A DNA stretch of 64,000 nt from an uncultured bacterium (GTDB lineage: Bacteria > Auribacterota > Erginobacteria > Erginobacterales > Erginobacteraceae). A model generated the notes under the pieces. It made no database searches, was not told the origin of the DNA, and was given only the letters and a program-made list of their open reading frames with translations. Within the stretch, counting starts at the first letter, position 1; the number at the start of each line of letters is the position of its first letter. A program made the position numbers and the translations under genes. Location: NCBI GenBank assembly GCA_964465735.1, contig CAYXKT010000001.1:10721-74720 (forward strand), given 5' to 3'. This document shows positions 1 through 7,879 of the stretch, in pieces.

Positions 1-232
1 CCTATTTAAGGCGGGAATATATGTCGTTCGACGGGAACGTGATCCGATGCTGAAGGGGGTAGCTCTGGGCTTTATCGCCGCTATCCCCGCGGTTATTGTC
101 GCCAATATGACCGGGAACCGTTTCGACGCCGAGGAACTGATGTACCCCTTCTGGATTCTCGCGGCCTGTGTGTTACAATTGAGAAACATTATTCAGACGG
201 AAAGAACTCAGGAAAGATACAGGCCGACTTAG
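1..232 (+). CDS. 3' end of an unidentified membrane protein gene; the ORF is open from the window edge
   Basis: No stop codon from position 2 in this frame, and the C-terminal stretch is hydrophobic. No recognisable family. Confidence 0.25.
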   Translation, partial: LFKAGIYVVRRERDPMLKGVALGFIAAIPAVIVANMTGNRFDAEELMYPFWILAACVLQLRNIIQTERTQERYRPT

Positions 233-435
233 TCTGGATCGAAAATCAATATATGCTCAGTCATTGCAAGAAGCCCGAACGCGGTGAGGAGGGTGAAGTA
301 GTTTCAACCCGATGATTGTTCAAGAGCCGCTTCCCCCCGATAGATCAGGGTTCGCGATGAAAAATTACGCAATCGGTGGTTTTGGCCAGCACGCGCACCT
401 GATCGGAATATATTGGTAACGCTCATCCGTGGATT

Positions 436-1296
436 ATGATTCCTTATGTCCTGTTTTCTCGGAGAACCGTTACCTGCCTGTTGTGGCACGGCATCCCGGT
501 TAAGCGTATATGTCTCCTAAAGCCACGCTGGAGGAATTATCCCAATTGGGTGGTGAAGTATTTTTACTTTTCGATGTATTCATACTGGATATGCAGTTCC
601 TTTGTTGATCGTTTGGCCACTGCACTGTGCGTTGGATTGCCGATTGATCGGGTTTTGATTACCGGCTATCCGCGTAATGATTATCTGATTGAGCAAAAAC
701 AATCAACTACCCGTGATCTGCTGGACCGCTTCCCCTACTTGCGGAAAAAAGTAATCCTATATGCCCCCACGTGACGACAAAACAGTATTGTCTGTTTTTC
801 CCCTTCTCCGATTAGTCCTTGGAGAGAATCAACGAATTCCTGGAGGAAAGCGATATTTTTATCTTGCTGCGAGGGCATAGGTATGAACGTAGAGAAATTG
901 GAGCCATCGATTAGTACTTTCATTGGAGACCGGATGTTGGACGCATCAAAAAATATCTTCGAAGATGTTCAGGAGCTATTGCCCCACATTGATATCTTGA
1001 TTAGTGATTGTTCTGGGGCCTGGTTGGATTACCTGCTTCTGAATTGTCCGATCGTATTTGTCCCCTACGATCTGGAGGAGTTCGAGAAGGAAACAGGCCT
1101 GTTTTATAACCATGACTTCGTTATCCCCGGTCCGAAGGTTGCCACGGCTGCAGAGTTGATCGAGGCTCTTCGGGAATATATCCGCTATCCGGAGAAGGAT
1201 TCTGAGAGACGCCAATTGATTAAAGGCCTATTCCATCAGTATGATGACGGCCGTTCGTATGAGCGGTTATACGAAATTGTCAAACCGATAACCTGA
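436..1296 (+). pseudogene. 5'-truncated, disrupted copy of a TagF-like CDP-glycerol glycerophosphotransferase (paralog of 14874..16076)
   Basis: Two ORFs (436..774 and 883..1296) align to residues ~118-400 of the intact 400-aa protein. The copy has TGG>TGA at the YAPTWR motif (ILYAPT then stop) and indels. Homology begins abruptly at ~436. Confidence 0.7.
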
Positions 1297-1312
1297 ATCC
1301 AGTCCTGAATCT

Positions 1313-1819
1313 GTGAAAATATTGGGCGAAATCGCTCAACAGACCTGTGCCCAGTTTTTTAAGAATGTTATCTCGACCTTGAGGAGTCGCGGTCACGAAG
1401 TCCGAATTTTGAGTCGCGAGCGCGAATGTACCGTGGAATTGCTTGACGAGTATGGCATTGACCATTCTATCATCAGCAAGTTTATACCGGGTAAGTATAA
1501 TTTATAGAATGAACCCTTGGCCAGGGATTACAGGATATGGAAAGCGAGTCGTTGTTTTCAGCCCGACTTGATTTTAACCGCCAGCATTGCCGGTGTTCCC
1601 GCGGCGAAATTATTGAGAGTCCCCTCGCTATTGCAGAATGACAACGGTAAATCGGCTGGCTTGCTCCACTGGTTGATGGTCTTTTTCACCACATATGTCT
1701 TGCCCCCTGATTGCCAGGATGAGAACTGCGGAATCAAGTCGGCTGCACTGATGGAAAAACAATTATGTGGAATTGCAGGCGTTAATGTGATTTACTTCGT
1801 AAATACTTTTTTGATTTAA
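1313..1819 (+). pseudogene. Fragmented copy of a DUF354-family (GT-B-like) protein (paralog of 16094..17131)
   Basis: ORFs 1313..1507 and 1517..1819 match the first ~165 aa of the 345-aa protein at 16094 (MKILGEIAQQTC..., SRGHEV, SRERECTVELL). It is interrupted and lacks the C-terminal half. Confidence 0.65.
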
Positions 1820-1895
1820 ACCTATCGACAGAAACTCGAGAAAGTTTCTCGCGGAAAGTTAAAGTTCGACACTGGATTGTCGGAAGTATTTAATT

Positions 1896-2852
1896 ATGAA
1901 GCATATATCCGTATCAGTTGTAGTTCCGATGTTCAATGAAGAGGAGGTGATCTCGGACACGATCGCCGCTATCACCGCTGAACTTGGTTCGCTGGATGCG
2001 AAGTGGGAGTTGATCCTGGTAAACGACGGCAGTACCGATCGGACGGCCGAGATCTGTCGGCGCGAAGCCGAGCGAGAATCCGGGATCAAGGTGGTCGATT
2101 ATAACCTCAATCGGGGCCGGGGGTACGCTCTTCGACGCGGCTTTGCCGCCGCTTCGGGAAAATTCTTGATCAGCATCGACGCCGACCTGACGTATTCTGC
2201 GGATCACATCTCCCGGATCTGGCGGGAACTCAATGAATCCGGCACGGACGTGGTCTTGGGTTCGGTCTATATGAAAGGGGGCCGGGCGGTCAATGTCCCC
2301 TTCAAGCGCCTTTTGATCAGTCGGATCGGTAATTTGATTCTCGGCCTCGCTTTCCCGGGAAGGATCAAGACCATCACCTGCGTTCTGAGGGGTTACCGGC
2401 GGGAGGTACTTGATGCTCTCGACCTGGAGTCGGATGACAAGGAGATCCACCTGGAGATCTTGGCCAAGGCCATCTCGGTTGGTTTCAATGTTCGGGAGAT
2501 CCCGGCCGTACTGACCGCCCGCCGCCAGGGAAAGTCGAAGTTCCGGTTCAAGGCCACTTCCATCTCCCACCTACTCTTTTCCTTTTACCAGAAGCCGATG
2601 ATAATTTTCGGTTTCGCCGGAATAGTAATGGTGATAATCGGTTTCATCCTCGGCATTATATTCGTTGTCCAGCGGTATATGGGGATCCTGGATCCCACTC
2701 GGCCCATCTTTCTGCTGATGATCCTGATGCTGCTGGGCGGAATCCAGATGCTCAGTTTCGGGTTCGTGGCCAACCAGATCGGGATCATCAAGAAAGAAAT
2801 CTACAAGGTCCAGAAGGAAAACCGGGAAATAATCAGGCGGAGCTCGAAGTAG
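1896..2852 (+). CDS. GT2 polyprenol-phosphate glycosyltransferase (DPM1/ArnC/GtrB-like) with a C-terminal TM anchor
   Basis: VVVPMFNEEE, LVNDGSTD, IDADLTY and D-x-D-type motifs. Two C-terminal TM helices typical of Dpm1/GtrB-type enzymes. Confidence 0.8.
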   Translation: MKHISVSVVVPMFNEEEVISDTIAAITAELGSLDAKWELILVNDGSTDRTAEICRREAERESGIKVVDYNLNRGRGYALRRGFAAASGKFLISIDADLTYSADHISRIWRELNESGTDVVLGSVYMKGGRAVNVPFKRLLISRIGNLILGLAFPGRIKTITCVLRGYRREVLDALDLESDDKEIHLEILAKAISVGFNVREIPAVLTARRQGKSKFRFKATSISHLLFSFYQKPMIIFGFAGIVMVIIGFILGIIFVVQRYMGILDPTRPIFLLMILMLLGGIQMLSFGFVANQIGIIKKEIYKVQKENREIIRRSSK

Positions 2853-2929
2853 GCACATTTGATTCCGGTACCTTGGGTCGGGCGGGGGCTCTGACGCCGG
2901 AACTTGCCGGGGAGTGAAAATAATACGGG

Positions 2930-4492
2930 ATGAGATTCAAGCCGGGTTATATTCTGCTATTGCTGATCATCATCGGGGCCGTTCTGAGGTTGCTGGCGGC
3001 CACCGAAACCGAGCTGGCGGCCGACGATGCGATCAGTGTGGTCCAGGCTTCGGGGAATTACTGGTCCTTCCAGAAGGTATTGCCGTCCCGGGTCGCCCCT
3101 TCCAGCCGCTTCCGGGAGATCGTGGTGCCCGGGAAGCGTCTCCCCCTGAAGACGCTTATCGCCGACCGGCCGGGCTGGCCCCATCCCCCGCTGTTTTTTA
3201 TCCTCCTCCACCACTGGATTGTTCTGCTTGGTTATTCGACATTCAAGGCTTCTCTTCTGGCGGTGATATTCGGGGTCCTGGCGATACCGATGTTCTATCT
3301 GCTCTGCGTTCAGATGGTATCGAAAAAGGAAGCCTTGATAGCGACCTCTTTCCTGACGTTTTCCGGGCTGGCCATCCAAGTTTCCCAGTTCATCCGGCAC
3401 TATTCGCTGATTCTCTTTCTCGGGCACGCCTTTCTCTACCTGACCCTCCGGCTGACCCGGGAGGATGGCAGGAAGCTGTCAACTTATGCGCTGCTGGTTA
3501 TAGTCGGGACAATCTCGATATTCAGCCACTATCTCTTCCTCTGGGTATTTGTTGCCGCGAATATCTATTATCTGGCAAGCTGCCTCCGTGAGAAAAAGAT
3601 CATCTTGCGATGGTTGATCTGCCAGGTGCTGATCGTTTTTGCCTCACTCCCGACCTTGCTGGATTTTTTCCTGCTTCGCCCGCCCGACGAGGCCAACATC
3701 CCCTATATGAGCTTCATCGGAGCAACTACCATAGTTAAAGGCATCGGTTATATGATCTCGGGTTATTTTTACCGCTACCAGTACGGATATGAATCCGGGG
3801 TTGACCAGGTGCTGGGGCGTCTGGCTATTGTTCTGATTGTGGTCCTAACCTTTATCGCCGTCAGGAACCGGAGTAAGGTAAGGAATTTTGGTATGCCCTG
3901 GACGTTGCTCGGGGTTGTTTTTCTCATTTCGGCTGGCTTGGTCTATCAAAGCCGCCGGGAGATACTGCTGCAGTTGCCATACTATTACATATTCGGCGGC
4001 ACGGCGATCTTCATTTTGGCCGCGGTCGGGTTATGCAATTTAAAGCCCGTCTGGGCGCGCTGGCCCCTGTTAGCGGTTATGCTGATTGGCACCACCACCT
4101 CGATCAGGTGGTGGCCCTTTGAAAGTCCCCGCAAGTTCAGTTCGATTGCCGGATATATAATGGAGGAATATCAACCGGGAGACCTGATCGTCATTGATAA
4201 TCCGAAGATGTCCTTGGTCGGTCCGCTGTTCATATACTTTGGGAAAAAGGAAGTGGATATCCTCTGCCTGCACCGGGACGAACTGATGCCGCTTTTGGAA
4301 AAAGGGAGTATGGAAGACTTATTCTCAAGAAATAGGATATTCTACCTGCAAAATCTCATTCGGATGAGTCGGGATCCGGAGGAACTGGAGTACTTAAGCG
4401 ATCTGTTCAAGAGAAGTTTCGACGAAACGAAAGTGAACAGGTTCAGGCATTTCACCACCGTTTTTGAATATAGCAACAAGTCACTGCGGTAA
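2930..4492 (+). CDS. Polytopic GT-C-fold membrane glycosyltransferase (PMT/ArnT/GT39-83-like)
   Basis: 520 aa with ≥10 predicted TM segments. N-terminal periplasmic-loop region resembles the ArnT/PMT_2 family. It sits between two Dpm1-like GT2 genes, the classic donor-maker plus GT-C pairing. Confidence 0.55.
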   Translation: MRFKPGYILLLLIIIGAVLRLLAATETELAADDAISVVQASGNYWSFQKVLPSRVAPSSRFREIVVPGKRLPLKTLIADRPGWPHPPLFFILLHHWIVLLGYSTFKASLLAVIFGVLAIPMFYLLCVQMVSKKEALIATSFLTFSGLAIQVSQFIRHYSLILFLGHAFLYLTLRLTREDGRKLSTYALLVIVGTISIFSHYLFLWVFVAANIYYLASCLREKKIILRWLICQVLIVFASLPTLLDFFLLRPPDEANIPYMSFIGATTIVKGIGYMISGYFYRYQYGYESGVDQVLGRLAIVLIVVLTFIAVRNRSKVRNFGMPWTLLGVVFLISAGLVYQSRREILLQLPYYYIFGGTAIFILAAVGLCNLKPVWARWPLLAVMLIGTTTSIRWWPFESPRKFSSIAGYIMEEYQPGDLIVIDNPKMSLVGPLFIYFGKKEVDILCLHRDELMPLLEKGSMEDLFSRNRIFYLQNLIRMSRDPEELEYLSDLFKRSFDETKVNRFRHFTTVFEYSNKSLR

Positions 4493-4561
4493 AACCCTGC
4501 ACCTTTCCGTTGATGCGGAACGGGATTGATTCGGGGCGTGCCGGACAAGAGGAAAGTTAAT

Positions 4562-5566
4562 ATGCAAAGTAATGATCCGAGTATCGTGGATCTATCTGTC
4601 ATAGCCCCGATGTACAATGAGGGTCGTTGGATAGAAAAGAATATCGAACGGCTGCTTGACACTTTGACCGGGAGGGAGGACAACTGGGAATTGATCCTGG
4701 TCAATGACGGCAGCGTCGACAACACGCTTGACCTGGTCCGGGAAAAGGCGAAAAAGGAACCCCGTCTCCGGGTGGTGACCTACCCGGAAAACCGGGGGCG
4801 GGGTTACGCCCTGCGGCAGGGGTTCCGCGCTGCCCGGGGGAAGTACGTGGTCACCACCGAGTCAGACCTGAACTGGGGCACGGAGATCATCAACAAGCTC
4901 TACGGGGAGCTCAGGCAGGGTTCCGCGGATATGGTGATAGCCTCACCATACCTGGAGGGAGGGAAGCTGGAATGCGTTCCCTGGAACCGGGTCTTTTTGA
5001 GCAAGTTTGGTAACAAGATCCTGACCTGGGCGGTGCCGGGCAAGCTGTCGATGGTCAGCGGGATGACCAGGGGATACCGGAAGGAGGTCCTGGATTCCCT
5101 GCTCTTGGAGTCCGACGGGAAGGAGATACACCTGGAAATAGTCTCCAAGGCAATCGCCAACGGTTTCCGGGTGGTCGAACTGCCGGAAGTCCTGAGCTGG
5201 AAAGGTCAGGAAGCCAGAGCCATCGAAAAAAAGTCGGGGTTCCGCTCCGGGAGCCTGATCCGGAGCCATCTCAACTTCTCCTTTTACGAGAAGCCGATGA
5301 TGCTCTTCGGCGGGGTCGGGTTGATTTTGCTCATCCTCGGGACTATCTTTGCCTTCCATATTATGCTGTTGAGATTCAAGGGAACCCTGACCCCCAACCG
5401 GCCCCTGGTGACGCTGACCATAATCTTTATCCTGGCCGGGATCCAGATCCTGACCCTTGGTTTTGTCGCGAACTATATTGGAGCTCTTAGGAAAGAAATG
5501 TTTAAAATTCAAAAACAGAACCGAGATCTGGAAAAAAAAGTTACATCGTGGGATAATAGCTTTTAA
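4562..5566 (+). CDS. GT2 polyprenol-phosphate glycosyltransferase (DPM1-like) with a C-terminal TM anchor
   Basis: IAPMYNEG, LVNDGSVD, and C-terminal TM helices (FYEKPMMLFGG...). A 3' fragment of this gene is duplicated at 14295..14844. Confidence 0.8.
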   Translation: MQSNDPSIVDLSVIAPMYNEGRWIEKNIERLLDTLTGREDNWELILVNDGSVDNTLDLVREKAKKEPRLRVVTYPENRGRGYALRQGFRAARGKYVVTTESDLNWGTEIINKLYGELRQGSADMVIASPYLEGGKLECVPWNRVFLSKFGNKILTWAVPGKLSMVSGMTRGYRKEVLDSLLLESDGKEIHLEIVSKAIANGFRVVELPEVLSWKGQEARAIEKKSGFRSGSLIRSHLNFSFYEKPMMLFGGVGLILLILGTIFAFHIMLLRFKGTLTPNRPLVTLTIIFILAGIQILTLGFVANYIGALRKEMFKIQKQNRDLEKKVTSWDNSF

Positions 5567-5706
5567 TTTATTCGATCTCAGTAGCATCCTAACATTAGTC
5601 GAGGAATATCAACTGGTTATGGGGGCGCCTTGCTCCAAACTATAACTGGAATATATAAGTGTATTCAGATAAAAGTCTCTACTGTTTTATAAGCCTGCAA
5701 TTGTCA

Positions 5707-5800
5707 TTGTGAGGAGCCGAAGGCGACGAAGCAATCTTTAGACTGAGATTGCTTGTCCATCTTCCGTCTGAAGCCGGATAAAAAAGCCAGATCGCAATGA
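5707..5800. repeat. Nested-hairpin repeat element (GTCATTG...CAATGAC inverted termini), copy 1 with an internal deletion
   Basis: The ends TTGTCATTGTGAGG...GCAATGACAAT are inverted. The inner GACGAAGCAAT/ATTGCTTGTC palindrome is shared with the copy at 33693..33850. Confidence 0.5.
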
Positions 5801-6079
5801 CAATCAATAATGTTTTTAAAAGGCTAAAGTGTTACAAATACTCTGGTTTCGCCCTTTCTCATTTGTATAGCTATGCCGACAATAAGATCCAGTTTTACGC
5901 ATAGATTAGCGTATTGTCGGAGTAAGTCATATTGCTCCCTTTTGTTCTTTTCGTCTAAATCCAGGAATGGGTTTATGGTCCGGCTTTATTCCTCCCCTCA
6001 GCTAAACAATAATAAAATTACCGAACAAATATTTGGTTGCGGCTGGTTTTATTCTTGGTGCCAATATAGTTTTAATATC

Positions 6080-6242
6080 ACCTAAATTGAGCGATTCTAT
6101 GCGGCGAACTGCACCAATCTTTTGCCTCCGAACGGATATTGAAAATCCTCGCCATATCTCCTGGATATGGCTGCGGTTTCCGCAACCCGTCGGCCAGCAA
6201 AATCTTAGCACATTTCATCCGCAATAATCGCTCAACTTAGGT
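6080..6242. mobile_element. MITE family A, copy 1 (163 bp, 17-bp TIR ACCTAAATTGAGCGATT, TSD TATCA)
   Basis: Near-identical to the copies at 14523, 46053 and 57244. The termini are perfectly inverted and flanked by a direct 5-bp TATCA. Confidence 0.85.
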
Positions 6243-6273
6243 ATCATTTTGCATAGGATATTTTTATCACCAG

Positions 6274-6534
6274 ATGGGTTTACGTGTCGGCCTTGCAGAA
6301 ATTACATTATGTTATTCTATTTCGATGTTAGCCGGATTTTTCTCGATGGTTCCATTGGGGCTAGGTGTGGTGGAAGTTAGTTTTGTCTTTTTGATGAACA
6401 AATTTGGATATAGCACCGAAATATCCTCAGTTGTAATTTTAGGCCAGCGATTAATCTGGACTTTTTTCCCTGCTATATTAAGTATGCCAGTGATAATCCG
6501 GAAATGGATATCTTGGCTTAAGTGTGTCCCTTAA
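6274..6534 (+). pseudogene. 3' fragment of a flippase-like (lysyl-PG synthase TM/UPF0104 family) gene, AT-rich
   Basis: The 86-aa ORF resembles the C-terminus of the 17128..18093 protein (PLGLGVVE, LGQRLIW). There is no N-terminal part upstream. Confidence 0.4.
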
Positions 6535-6598
6535 AGTTTAGAATAACCAGACTAAAGCAAGCTTGTCTTTGTCGTTAGTGATTCAAATGAAGAATCGA

Positions 6599-7014
6599 AT
6601 CGTCATCCTGGTCCTGCTCGCGGTCCTAGCATTATTTCTCCGGGTTCACGGGATCAACTACTACTCCTAGGCGACGAGCATTTCCACGTTTACAACTCCC
6701 TGGGTCTGGCCAGCGGGCAGCTGCCTGGGAACTTTCACCGGATAGTCCTGTTTATATTTTATGGAGTGTTTTACTCAGTCTGGTGGGCGGGGGGGATATT
6801 CCGCGATGCCCGGGAGTTTATTGGCCTCTATCTCGCCCGGATGCAAATCTTCTACTACGCGGGACGCTTCTTCGAGTCACTGGCGGGGGCAGCGTCCGTA
6901 CCCCTTCTCTATCTGCTGGGGAAAAAGATGTTTTCTCCGTTGGTCGGTTTCATCGCCGCCTTTTTCCTGGCGGTCAGCCCGGTGGCGGTGGAGATCTCTC
7001 AAAAAGCCCGCTGA
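6599..7014 (+). pseudogene. N-terminal fragment of the GT-C paralog (copy of the 18141 gene's 5' end) with an in-frame stop and a frameshift
   Basis: MKNRIVILVLLAVLALFLRVHGINYYS is followed by a stop. It then continues (6766..7014) as FIGLYLARMQIFYYAGRFFESLAGAASVPLLYLLGKKMFSPLVGFIAAFFLAVSPVAVEISQ, matching residues ~30-160 of the 18141..19910 protein. Confidence 0.65.
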
Positions 7015-7033
7015 ATAAAAAACAAGGGCCGTG

Positions 7034-7165
7034 ATGAAGTCCGGGATTAAAATCTGTGTTAAATGGTTGTTGCCAGTCGCTGTCTACTTGTTCCTGGCCT
7101 TCGACGGTAATACCCACTGGGCCGAAACGAATGTTCTCTACAAAGCGGCTAATGCGAAGGATTGA
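7034..7165 (+). pseudogene. 5' fragment of the 41913-type GT-C-like membrane protein gene
   Basis: MKSGIKICVKWLLPVAVYLFLAFDGNTHWAETNVLYKAA compares with LPIVFFLFLAFDGITHWDETNYLYKGA at 41913. Confidence 0.5.
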
Positions 7166-7866
7166 TGAATTTGCTCGGTGGCCCGCATTCCCCAAGCCGG
7201 ACCGCGGGGAGGTGTTGGAACTGTTTCATCCATTTTTCAAGATTATCCTCTCTCCTCAAGCGGTGGTATTTGCCCCTGAAGTCTCGTTCCAGGTAGTGAC
7301 GGCGGTTGCGGATGTTGCGGCGTGTCCGGCTGTCGTTACATTGCAGATAGGTCTCGATATAGGGGGAATCTCGACATAGTAGCCCGGCTCTCGGTTGATG
7401 GCTTCCCGATCCGGGAAACAGGCGGCCAAGAAGCCACCCAGGAGCGAGTCTTTCCGCAGGTCGCTGAAGACAGCGATGTTCCCGTCCAGGTCCCGGGAGA
7501 TGAACGGAGCCAAAGTTTCCAGACACTCTTGCCGGTGTTCGGGCCGGCAGATCAGGTCAAGATACTCGGAGCGGACCGTATCCCCGGTGCCGATGAAAAG
7601 GAGTTCTCGAATCCAGCCGAATGGGCACAGAGGTCTTCTCTGGGTATACAGTGGCAGGAAGTCGATTAGTTCGTTGACTTTCCGGAAGGTAAGGCAATGC
7701 GGCTGCTTCTGTCCGCCGAAGACCTCCCACCAGGTGTAGAGCTACTCCCAGGTCAGGAAGAGGTTGTCTGCCGGGCTCTCCGGCAGGAGCCCCCGCCATT
7801 CATTCTCCAGCGCTGCAAAAGCCTGTTCGTTGTCGCTAACCCTGAGGTCAAGCGCAGTCATCTCCG
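7150..7866 (-). pseudogene. Frameshifted copy of the CelD-like Acetyltransf_6 GNAT acetyltransferase (paralog of 44349..45515)
   Basis: Minus-strand frames jointly reproduce residues ~30-290 of the 388-aa protein (FLTWEWLYTWW, GTGDTVRSEYLDLI, RRNIRNRRHYLERDFRGKYHRL). They are split across ≥3 frames. Confidence 0.6.
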
Positions 7867-7879
7867 GGTTTCCGGGGGT

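Noticed and set aside
1914-3427. Minus-strand ORFs 1914..2570 and 2957..3427; also 53441..54253 and 4943..5587
   Set aside because: All are antisense to strongly supported glycosyltransferase genes and have Pro/Arg/Gly-rich composition. They are considered artefacts.
6002-6211. Small ORFs beginning MLRFCWPTGC... and MRMKCAKILLADG..., found at four loci
   Set aside because: They lie entirely within the MITE copies on opposite strands and shift frame relative to the flanks. They are a by-product of the repeated element, not conserved genes.
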